64,000 nt of DNA from Chrysomallon squamiferum (taxonomy: Eukaryota > Animalia > Mollusca): the NCBI GenBank assembly GCA_012295275.1, contig CM022678.1, forward strand, positions 13,268,001 to 13,332,000, in the 5' to 3' direction. A program made the translations under genes and the position numbers. Below, one piece after another: positions 14,378 through 25,530 of the stretch. The stretch's first letter is position 1. Each line of letters starts with the position of its first letter. Below the pieces are notes generated by a model, which saw only the letters and a list, made by a program, of their open reading frames with translations, was not told where the DNA came from and ran no database searches.

Positions 14378-15668
14378 CTAGTTCTTCCAGAAACATAGCT
14401 TTACTTATTTATTAACGTTACCATTAATGAAATATTTATTAATTATGCTTATTTTTATATAACACACTATTATTTATTTATTTATTTATTAACAAGTAAT
14501 TTAACAATTTATTTAGAAACTATTTTTGACAGATGAACAAAAAAGATGCTTACAGCACTGTTAGACAAAGAAGGAAATCCTATATTGTGAAACTAACAGG
14601 AAATGCAGGCTATAATCTGCACTTTCTACCCTTCACTCTGACCTTTGACTTATCTTTTGATTTTTATCATTCATGTCTGTGTATGTATGTTTGATCACCA
14701 ACTTAAACAACTAAAACTAAAATATATCACTAGATAGACAGATATAAATATATTTCACACATGCACACACACACTCACACACACACACTCTACTCAGACA
14801 GACACACCAAATCATGATACACTACATTCACACATCATTCAACAATATACATTTGTATCACACATCAGTGTAAACTGTAGAACAACAAAGAAAGAAACAA
14901 GTAAAGAAAACATTTATTCTATTATTAAAAAGTTACTCCTTACAAACCTAAATAAATTTAATATTGGTTTATCCAAAATTTCATTCACAGACTCTAAACT
15001 GAAGTTTGAGAGATGCTAAACAAAGTGCTATCAGAAGTGAAGAGTGGTGTTAGATAAACATCTAGTTACATTTTAAACACTGCGACACAAAGTGTGTATT
15101 AGTCACAGATTGATAACTGTGTAAATCATACTTACTAACACTAGAAATCTCATCATAAGTAGATTCACCTTCTGAAAACATTGTCTACACAGTGAATACA
15201 AGGAAAACAATCTATAAACATGTACATTAAAACTCAGTCAACACATACACACAGTGAAGTACAAGTCTACAGTGCAAAGACAATACACAATGTTGAGTAC
15301 TTTTCTTTCTATCCCTTCACTTCTTCCCTGCCACCCTTCTTTTCTGTCTTTCTTTTTCCATCTTTCCATTTACCATTCAGTTTCTATCTTACTCTATGCC
15401 TGCACACATATACACATATACACACACAACTCTAGTAATCCATGTCTGATATATTCATATTTCTAGACAGCGATCTCTAAGTTTGAATAACACTGTAAAA
15501 GCTGATATTGTCACTTTCTTTGTTCTATTTTGTTCAAGTTGTACAAAAGATTAAACTATTTTACACCTACATAACACATTCATACAGTTTAGAAAACTAT
15601 TTTAGAAATTCTTTTAAAATTACATTAGTTACTGAACTCTTAGTAGTAATGCAGCAGTTATAATAATA

Positions 15669-15701
<33 letters not shown>

Positions 15702-17305
15702 ATGTTAATTATGATAATGATGATAATAATAATAATGACTTTCATAACAATAATAATGAATAATAATAATTATGATAAGATAATGATGATGTAAATAGTG
15801 AAAATGATAATTAAATAAAAATAAAGATAATGATAACAGTGATAATTATATAAAGATGATAATGATGATAATCAGTGTAATTTTCATAATGTGATCACAA
15901 GGTAATGCTCATAATTATAGTAATAAATAGTAATAAATGATAGTAATAAATACATATTTTTTGTTTTATATACCACTAAAATAAAGAAATGTTAAAATAA
16001 AAACTCTAAACCAAGTACAGCTACAACAGAAAAGAAACTGATTCACTGACACTTACCCTTTGTAATGTCTGTCCCTTTATTAATCGAGTCAAACAAGGCA
16101 CTGCGGTCCCCATCTCCTGAACTAGAAACAGCAGAGTCCATCTGGGGTGGTGGTACGGGTGGGGGTGGACCTGGAGGGGGTGGAGGTGCTGATCCAGTAG
16201 AAGCTGCTGGGACAGAACTCGCTTCACCACCCTGGGAAACAAAAATTGTAACTGATCATCACCAGTAATAATAACAACAACATCAGCTTATCCACTGTGT
16301 ATCTGATACACAGCATCACACACTCACCTCCACTTTCAAACAAAACCCTTCACCTGCGTTATTTTATAGTTTTTATTTACTTATATTTTCAACAATTTTC
16401 ACAAGTTTAACAGTACACCATTATTATTTTTATTATTTATTTTTGTTTTCAGCAATGTTCTCATGCTTTTATACTACATTATTATTTTTATTAGTTTTGA
16501 ACTAGTGTTCTGCATAGATAATTATTTACTGGAAAGTTGTTACCACTGAAATATTTATATTCTCCACACTGCATGATAGATTTATAGCAATTGTAAAATT
16601 TTGTATTTTTATTATTTCAGTGTATAAATAATGTTGAGAAGCAGTTTATAAAAAAGTATTATTAGTTTTATTATATTTTACATTATTATTACTCTATTTT
16701 ATGATTTCTTAATACAAATTATGTATTTGTATTATTAAGCAACTTTTTATGTGTTTATTATTTATTATTTATTTATTTACTTGTCAAGACACTGTGCTTA
16801 AATAAATTGCATATATTTATACATTTTATTAAATGTGTGATATCTGTCAGTGCTTATATTTTGTACACAGGTATCAGTAATTTACTTACTTTCATTTATC
16901 TGTCTATCTATATATTATATGCACACACATACAAAGTAAGAAGTACTATAAGCGGTTTAGAAGTATTGTAAACTCTAGCTGTTCTGTTTGAGAACATATA
17001 TATATAGAGAGAGAGAGAATGAAATATATATATTAAATGCTTGTGTGTGTGTGTGTGTGTGTGTGTTTTATTAGTGACTTGAAGGACAAGGGACATGACT
17101 CTTTTCTGATTGTGAAATCACTTTTTTCTGAGGGAGACAAGCTGGTACTGACCTGTGGATTCCATGTAACTCCAGTTGTGTGATGTTCTTTAATGTAAGC
17201 CTGCAAGCTCTGAATTGTCTGATTCCAGGCTTTTGTCCATTCCACATGTTTTGGATCTCTGAAAAAAATAAAAATAATAAATAAGTAAGTAAGTAAGTAA
17301 GCAAG

Positions 17306-17356
<51 letters not shown>

Positions 17357-20300
17357 AAAATAAAAAAAAAATAATGAATTAATTAAATAATTAAATAAAC
17401 AATTCTTTTAAAAGATAAATAACTAGAAATGCATAATATATCAACTCTACGTTTTAGATCTGAAAATTAAATTAAAATTTTTTTTTTTTTAAAAGATGAT
17501 AATAATAAGTAATTGAAAATGCATTATATTATTCAGCTATTTATTCATACTATGAAATGTACATTTAATGGGCATCATAGATGATATGAATATAGCTTAA
17601 ATTATATTCACAGTATCTTCAAAGAATATTTTTGGTTAACTATTAAAGAAGTACAATATCAACAAAAGAATACTTTTTAAAAATATCTGGGCATCTTAAT
17701 TTTTCTACGATTGTGACATCAGATGACTGGGTTCCTTAATTTTTAAATTACAATGAAAGTGTTATATTGCTAATATAAGATTTAAAATTCAGGTTACATC
17801 ATTCATAACAGAATTTGTTAACTAGTTAACTTACGACTCCTTGTAATCTTTGAGAACCCTGTTAGTGTAGAATGTCCCCGAATCCAGCATCTCCTTCACG
17901 AAGGGGCCAGGTGCAGGAGACTGTGAGAGAAAACAGAGATGGAAGATAAATATTATTGTTTTATGACACGAGTAAGGACAAATTTGTAATAAGAAATTCA
18001 TAAAAAGTCTCACCACAGCAACCCATCCAAGACAGCCAATGGACTCACTGATGGCTGACAAATGATTGAAAAACTTGTTTCCTCTGTTCTTCTCTCGCAG
18101 ATCCTCAATAAACAAACAAAACAAAAATGTAAAAAGAAAAAAAATTAATTCCTTAAAATCAGCAGAAATTTAAAAAAATAAAGTATGTAAAACCTGATCA
18201 AAAAGAAAAGTTTATCTTGGAAATGAAGAACTATTTTCCATTATTAAATCAATTTATTAATAACAAACTATAATGTCAAATACCTGGAAATATTGGATTT
18301 TTATATACAAAGATTTCATTCAAACTTGTTATCTCAACTAGGTAACTAGAATCTCAAAGATTTACCTGGATTTGTTAGATTATTATTTACAAAGATTATC
18401 ATTCAAATTTGTTAACTCAGGTAGGTTTATCAAACACTTACTTGGATTTCTTGGATTTTCGTTGAAGTTGGTTGCAACAGTTTAATGAGAGCATCCTAAA
18501 ATTAAAAAGTACTTACAGATAAAAAAAAAAGATATTATTCTAATGTACACATTAAATTTAATCCTGAAATGTAGGTGATACTAACAAATAAAATAAATTT
18601 TGTTTCTAGCGAGTTCTTGGATAAAATAAGGTAGTTAATAAAATAAGTGACTCTTGAAAAAGTTTGACTCTTTCTCACTGACATTTTCATTGCTAGAGAT
18701 TCTATAATGATTAATGAAAAGACATTGTATAATAATTATTAAGAACAATAATTCTGAGCTGCATTAAATGAATGGGTTTTTAAAATAAATATGTAACTCC
18801 ACAGCCATTGGCTACCATCTTCATTACGTAAAGTTACTCTTCTAACTAGATAAAAGACAATTCAAACTAAAATCCTATAATCTGATTGGCCAGATGATTG
18901 AAGTATGATGTAAGATTAAACCTGATTGGCTATTTACCTGATTAGGTTGTTTACTTTTTGAGGCGACAGTAAGAAAATCTTTCTGAGCCTGGAAAGCCTG
19001 CTGCACCAGTTGACTCTGCAAATAAACTGAATGTGTAAATATACTCACAGTATATAAATATACGCAGTATGTAAATACACTCCAGTATGTAAATATACAC
19101 AGTATATAAATATACACAGTATGTAAATATACTCACAGTATGTAAACACACTCACAGAATGTAAACACACTCACAGAATGTAAACACACTCACAGTATGT
19201 AAATATACTCGCAGTATGTAAATACTCACAGTATGTAAATATACTCACAGTATGTAAATACACTCACAGTACGTAAATACAGTCACAGTATGTAAATATT
19301 CTCACAGTATGTAAATACACACAATATGTAAATACACACAATATGTAAATAACCAGAGTACATAAATACACAGTATGTAAATACACACAGTATGTAAATA
19401 CACTGTATGTAAATACACACAATATGTAAATAACCAGAGTATGTAAATACACACAATATGTAAATACACTGTATGTAAATACACACAATATGTAAATAAC
19501 CAGAGTATGTAAATACACACAATATGTAAATAACCAGAGTACGTAAATACACACAATATGTAAATACACTGTATGTAAATACACAATATGTAAATACACA
19601 CAATATGTAAATACACTGTATGTAAATACACAATATGTAAAAATACACAATATGTAAATACACACAATATGTAAATACACAGTATGTAAATACACAGTAT
19701 GTAAATACACACAATATGTAAATACAAACACTTTCTGTAGCCAGTCAACTGATAACTAAGATATAGATGTTTGAATGCTTGCATCAATAACTTTTAGCCA
19801 TGCACTGAAGATTTACAAAATAATACCACTGTGTAGCCATACTGTATGTCTAAACCAGTGTGTGTGAATTTCTGTTTTCCCACACTAACCTGTGTCTTCA
19901 CCAAGTCACCAATTTCATTGCTCAGAGAAATGTATTTGGCAAATGGACCATTAAGAATTTCTACATATGCTTCCACAAATGGAGATACTTGTACAGCTTC
20001 TGAAATAATTAGTATCAAATATTTTCATGCTCAATTCAACAGAATATTTAATTGATTCAAGAATAATAAATAAATAAATAAAATTCTCTGCAATATTAAA
20101 ATCCACCCTTTGTAAGTAACAACTATTCAGCTGTGTAAAACAAACAATAATGCAGATCTTTTGTATCCTAAAACAGTACTACATATTATCTCAGTATCTC
20201 GTTTACTCCAGAAAACAAAAAAGAAAATATTCACACTGTCTGTAGAACTAAACAACATACATATTTTAATATCTGTTATAACATGAACTAGACTCCTATA

Positions 20301-20625
20301 GTGAAAGATATGAACAGTACCCTAGCAACGACAGTTTTAAATAAATAAAATATTTAAAGATAATCTCTCAGCTGCTTTCTTTCTACTCTATCAACTTGTT
20401 AGCTCTATAAAACAAAATAAAAACACTAATTCACAGCAGCTCTAGTACGAAACAATATATGTTATAATACGAGGCACTGACAGCAACAAACTGAACACTA
20501 GGAGTTTTAGATAAATAAAATCTCTCACCTGGTTTCTTTCCGCTCTGTCGACTGGCCAGGGACTCGAGTCTGGCTGCAACGTTCTCCAGTCTGGAGACGG
20601 CGCTGCTCAGTGTTTCAGACGACAT
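8165..20625 (-). CDS. CAP: Adenylyl cyclase-associated protein (CAP/Srv2 family), 13 coding exons, 469 aa from the canonical Met
   Basis: Exons 20529-20625, 19890-19999, 18938-19015, 18442-18495, 18014-18103, 17835-17920, 17153-17258, 16057-16231, 11720-11901, 11141-11264, 9353-9435, 8808-8951, 8165-8245 are all GT-AG bounded, phase-consistent and sum to 1410 nt. Hallmarks: N-terminal RLE motifs ([11 protein letters not shown]), helical folded domain ([22 protein letters not shown]), polyproline, WH2 ([25 protein letters not shown]), CARP domain (IDKTDGC, SSEMNI, LPEQFKT). Confidence 0.97.
8808..8951 (-). CDS. CAP: CAP exon (CARP domain)
   Basis: [48 protein letters not shown]; ttgcag / gtaagt. 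Confidence 0.95.
9353..9435 (-). CDS. CAP: CAP exon (CARP domain)
   Basis: [27 protein letters not shown]; tttcag / gtattt. Confidence 0.95.
9674..10638 (+). mobile_element. Decayed Tc1/mariner (Tc1-type) DNA transposon in a CAP intron
   Basis: Transposase remnants: [49 protein letters not shown]; stops and frameshifts; flanked by TA; ends only weakly inverted so boundaries are approximate. Confidence 0.9.
11141..11264 (-). CDS. CAP: CAP exon (CARP domain)
   Basis: [41 protein letters not shown]; tgatag / gtaact. Confidence 0.95.
11720..11901 (-). CDS. CAP: CAP exon (WH2 end, P2)
   Basis: [17 protein letters not shown]...ELQNKKWVV; tgacag / gttagt. Confidence 0.95.
12514..12596. repeat. 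(TA)n(GA)n compound microsatellite
   Basis: Directly visible. Confidence 0.95.
13411..14190. repeat. Left arm of long intronic inverted repeat (partner 16258-16910); includes four ~56-bp tandem units
   Basis: 13798-13876 matches the reverse complement of 16467-16545 at 78/79 positions; similarity continues both ways. Confidence 0.92.
16057..16231 (-). CDS. CAP: CAP exon (polyproline P1 and start of WH2)
   Basis: [58 protein letters not shown]; tcccag / gtaagt. Confidence 0.95.
16258..16910. repeat. Right arm of long intronic inverted repeat (partner 13411-14190)
   Basis: Reverse-complement match, e.g. ctgatacacagcatca vs tgatgctgtgtatcag and ggtatcagtaattt vs aaattactgatacc. Confidence 0.92.
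17153..17258 (-). CDS. CAP: CAP exon
   Basis: [35 protein letters not shown]; tttcag / gtcagt. Confidence 0.95.
17835..17920 (-). CDS. CAP: CAP exon
   Basis: [28 protein letters not shown]; tcacag / gtaagt. Confidence 0.95.
18014..18103 (-). CDS. CAP: CAP exon
   Basis: [30 protein letters not shown]; attgag acceptor / gtgaga donor. Confidence 0.93.
18442..18495 (-). CDS. CAP: CAP exon
   Basis: [18 protein letters not shown]; ttttag / gtaagt. Confidence 0.9.
18938..19015 (-). CDS. CAP: CAP exon
   Basis: [26 protein letters not shown]; ttgcag / gtaaat. Confidence 0.93.
19030..19730. repeat. Minisatellite of 17-21-bp units (cagtatgtaaatacaca)
   Basis: Directly visible tandem array in a CAP intron. 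Confidence 0.95.
19890..19999 (-). CDS. CAP: CAP exon (helical folded domain)
   Basis: [36 protein letters not shown]; tttcag / gttagt. Confidence 0.93.
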
Positions 20626-20718
20626 GTTATCTACCTGGGACAACACTTTCGACACCTCTGCTAGAGCCTTCTGTAGATCGTCTGCACTCAACTTGCTCTC
20701 CTTGCTCTCCAGCTCTTC
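20529..20718 (-). CDS. CAP: CAP exon containing canonical start (ATG 20625) and RLE oligomerisation motif, with 31 open codons upstream of the Met
   Basis: ttttaccag acceptor, gtgaga donor; EELESK...[35 protein letters not shown]. Confidence 0.93.
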
Positions 20719-21846
20719 CTGGTAAAACACAAATATCCACTCACCATTAGTTTTAGAGCAATCAAAAAATCTGTCAGAACTTCAGTAAAATTACTGAAAC
20801 ACTTTTATTTGAATTAAAACTAGTAACAGCACTTTTCACTGAAATGAAAACATAAAAACACTCACCTTTCAGAGCAAATAAAAATAATTCTGTCAAAACT
20901 TTAACTTAATTGAATCAATGTTATTTAAATTAAAATCATTAATAGAAGTATCCGATGAAATGAAAACACATCGCGTAAACAAAACTACATCCTAGAATAA
21001 CAATTTTAAGTTTTACCGTAAATGAAATCACATTCAGGAATAAAACATTTCATGAAGAAAGCTAAGTCATAAACAATTTCTTTTGTTGGATAAAGTAGCT
21101 TTTATTTTTGCATTAAATAAAATCTGACTGTGAAAAAAAAAAAAAATTAATCGAGTTTTACAGTATATGAAATCACCTTCATGATAAAAACATTTAAGAA
21201 TTAGTTCTACACTAAAAGGAAACTAAATCTAATAAAATTCAAATACTGTAAATAAAAATAAATCTGATAAAATATTGTTTTAACAGTTTTACATTCAATA
21301 AAACTGCAAGGATAAAACGTAAAAAGCTAATTCTCACAAAATTCAGGTACTGAAAATAAAAAAATGATAAAGTAGTCAGATTTTTGCATTAAATAAGATC
21401 TGATTCTGATAAAAACATTTTGGTATGAGACATACATCAAAAGAATGCTATATCTGATAAAATTCAGTTACTGAAAATAAAAAAATAACATCTGATAAAA
21501 TATTGAGCTCTAGTTAAACAGTAAATAAATCTGATTTTAATTGATTTTTAATTAAAATTTTCTTTAAATAAAAGCCCATTCTGATGAACTATTGATTTAA
21601 ACAGTTTAAAGTGACATAATAAATGACAATAATAAAATATTTCATTTGAGAATCAGTTTTTCAGTTTTGTGAGAAGAAAAGTCATGGAATACTCTAGAAA
21701 CTTTATTTAGTTCAATTATTTCTTACATTTTATATTTAAAAATGATGATAAAACCTGTAATAATATTAACTTTAAAAAATTCTAAATATGAATAAACTTG
21801 TTTATTTTCTGCCAATAAAAAAATAAATTATTTAACAACCATATCC

Positions 21847-21884
<38 letters not shown>

Positions 21885-23672
21885 ATTAACAATTATTAAT
21901 AAAATAAAATACTGTTAGATCCTTATTTACTCACATACAAAAGAAAAAAAATAACAACATTCAAAAACATAGGTTTTTTCCCCTCTGATTAATAAAAATG
22001 TTAAACCTTATTGCATGAAGAAAATAATTTAAAGCTTAAAGACAAATGTAATACAAAAATAATAACATATAATAAAACTTTGTTATTCATTCACTTAAAA
22101 AAAAAAAAAAAAAAAAAAAAACATAGAAATAACAACAATAATATAGAAAACACCAAGTTCAGTTTTTATAAACACAGTTTTTAGTTTTCAATAAACGTTT
22201 TCACATCAGCAGCTCGGTATGTCATTCTGATATTTTTATATGCATTATCTGGCAATTTAATAAAATAATTGTAAATGAATGTCAACTATTATTATTATTA
22301 TTAAATTATTATTGTTCTTTGTGATAAAACTTTAAAAAAAACATAGAAATTCTACTGCACATAAATTCTATGTATATAAAATAAAGGTAGGTGACTGTCA
22401 GTTTTTATTGTTACTATTATTATTATTACTGTTGTTGTTGTTGTTCCATTTTATTATTATTATTATTATTCAAAGCATTGAAACTGCAACCTAGAATTTT
22501 ACTTTATATAAATTCTTTTTAATAATTAGCTTTAAATACATCATTAAATTTGTTCTGTTCTTTAAAGAAAATCTATTTGTAACAATTAGTTTTACATTTA
22601 TTATTTGTTTTTTTTCTCTCTCTCATTAAATACTTTTAAATACAATTCTTTTTCTTTCTTTCATCTGAATTATTTATATGTATATGTCTGTATGTGTTTG
22701 TCTATCTGCATATGTGCCCAGAGTATTTTTTGCATCTGTTTTCTCAAAGTACATGTTCACTAAAATGTATATATTTGTACAAATGGTATGTATCACACAA
22801 TAATTCATTTGGACTTTGTATATGTTGTATGTGTTTGTGTGTGTGTGTGTGTGCATCTGTATGTATGATCTGTGTGTTTGTGTGTTTGTGTATGTATTTA
22901 TGTGTTTGTGTATGAGTGTGTGTGTTTGAATATGGGTTTAAATCCAGGTGTATGTATATAGATGTATTCTGAAAAGAAAAACACAAACTTATTTCCATTA
23001 CAAAATAAAAACTGCTACAGTTGGCTGCAGATATTTTAAATATCAACAGAACATCACATAATGTGCTAATAGAATTCACATTTTGTTAACTCAAACATTT
23101 CAGTTTAAACAAGAAAAAAAGAAAAAGGAAAATGGCACACCTACAGTGTAAATCACTACCCATACTCATTGAAAATCCAGTTACAAAAAAGAAACTGACA
23201 AAAAGAATTAGCTAAGTTCAAATTTCCCCAATCTACTGTACAAGCTGTCTGCATAGTTAAATTAATAATAATAATAATAATAATAATAACGACAACAACA
23301 GTAATAACAGTAATAATAAAATAATAATTAATTAAGAAGAAAATAAAGAAGAAAAAAGTAAGAAAGAAAAACAGAAAAAAAAAAAGGAAAAAAAAAAATA
23401 TATATATATATAAAATAATATGAATTTTACTTAAATAGTATACAGAATGTCATTAAATATTTTACTGCAATACTTTATGTGCTTAACACAGAGATAGAGA
23501 TTCTGACTGAGTTTAATTATTTTTTTACATTAATAATTAAATACAGCTAATGTTTATATACACTAAACCTGTAAGAACTTAACTATAAAATATAAAAATA
23601 AAAGTTTAAATGAAAATTGCTGTGTATATTCAGAATGCTTAAGCTGGTTGTATGCTGTTTATCTGCATTTTA

Positions 23673-23673
<1 letters not shown>

Positions 23674-23762
<89 letters not shown>
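23674..23762. repeat. (CA)n(GA)n compound microsatellite
   Basis: Directly visible. Confidence 0.95.
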
Positions 23763-23766
<4 letters not shown>

Positions 23767-25170
23767 GGGGTAGAAAACTGACAGACTTCCACAAAGTGTA
23801 AACTGAATTTACTCAGAAAACAGGGATGCTGATGTACACACAGACTGATAAACAGTGATGGATATAGCTGAAGAGATAAAAGGAGGGTAACACAGAAACA
23901 CAGACATGTATAATTACTGTTTAGATGATAGATTTATGAACAGATGAAAGACAGATAAGACTAACTAGAAACTGAGATAGATGAGAAATCAGCACCTGTT
24001 AATAAAATCACTTCTTACACACAGCAAGAATGCATTCTCTAGAAATATTTATATATATTTTATAAACCAAATGGCAATATTTAAACAATTACTGCAGAAT
24101 TGCATACTGCATGTAAATTTACCCAGTCAAACCCACACAGCCCTGCACCCACAAAGACATCATTTTATGTATTTTATGTTATTTATTTACATACATTTGT
24201 CATTACATGTAAATATCTTTTTTATTATGAGCAGAAAAATATAAAAAGGCAGGCTGTCACAAATACACAGAACAGCCATAAAAATGTATCCACTCAGTAT
24301 GAATTATGTATAATGTATTTTGCAGATACAAATAAAAACTGTATCCTTGATTATAGTTATGTTTTATTTGATTTTTTATCATCCAGTTTTAAGAAAAAAC
24401 AAGTTTAATTAAGTCTGTCAGTATGTGTGAGTGCATATGCATGCGCCTTTTTTTCTGTGTATGAGTATGTAAATTTTATAATGATGCTAAATTTAAATTT
24501 CAGACTCACTATCTTAGCAAAAAGTACATATAAAATATTTACTGATGTTCTGTCAGGCAAAATACAGCTTGTACTAGAAGCCTGTGGCTTAATTTCAAAG
24601 CCTGCGGATGTAAAATGCTAAATACACATAAAAAGAACAGATAAAGAGAAATTAAAATTGTTAAGCACATGATCTATTAGTGGTTTTTTTGGTTGTTCTT
24701 TTTTCTTTTCTTTTTTTTAATCAGTGTCATAAATTATTATTAGTTCTCTTTTATGCCAAAAATAAATATTTAAATAGATTGGATATTTTTTTTTTTTTTC
24801 TTAAAATAATTTATTCTTTTTTCTTTTTTTTTTAAACTTTTTTTTTCAAAGGGCATCATTGCAGTGCAAAATGTTTTAAGTTGAATGAAAAAATTGTTAT
24901 TTAGAACATTTAAACTGATTACCTATCCTCTTTAGTGTATTTTCATAATGACATGTCAAAACCATACTCCACCCAATTCAAGCAAGCAAATGCATGGGAG
25001 CAGCAGATACACTTCATTTGCAAAGAATACAGTTTTATTAACTTGCTAACAAACAGGACAAAGCTATTATAAGGAGTTGAACCCTGCTCCATCCAAAGAC
25101 AAGCTTATCTCAATCAGTCCTTAATCTTAAAATAATTTAAAAATATGATTTTCTTCACATGTGTACTTAC

Positions 25171-25530
25171 AATTTCTGTTAGAATAACTTTTTCTATAGA
25201 AACAGAATTTTCATTAGTTCCAGAATTGCCTGCATTGTCAACAATATCTCCTGCAGCTACTACAGTATCCTCTTCAGGTGGTTTGTCCACCAGGCTGACA
25301 TTGTTTGCTTTGTTTTTGCGCTGTGGTTTAGGTATCACTATGTGGTTTTCATAGGCTGGTTCTTCGTCACTTTGGGGCTGACTGTCTGTTCCAGACACAA
25401 TTGGAGCCGAAATTGTCAGAGAAGGTCGTCCATTTCCTGTTTCAGATTTCTTCCCATCTTCATTCCTCACCTCGGCTCTCAACTCACTTCTTGGTGAATA
25501 TTCCGATTTCTTTTTCTTACAACAAAACAT
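25171..25530 (-). CDS. CAP: Putative alternative first coding exon of CAP (120 aa, MFCCKKKK...)
   Basis: ATG at 25530 in aaaATG context; 360-nt open hydrophilic frame ending at a phase-0 GTAAGT donor; joins in frame to the phase-0 acceptor at 20718 (EELESK...). Confidence 0.7.

Noticed and set aside
19264-19787. Three overlapping Cys/Tyr-rich ORFs
   Set aside because: Artefacts of the minisatellite.
20719-20747. ATG|GTGAGT just upstream of the CAP acceptor
   Set aside because: The implied intron would be only 26 nt, too short for normal splicing.
21848-21882. Poly(A) run as a retroposon tail
   Set aside because: No SINE/LINE body or target-site duplication seen.
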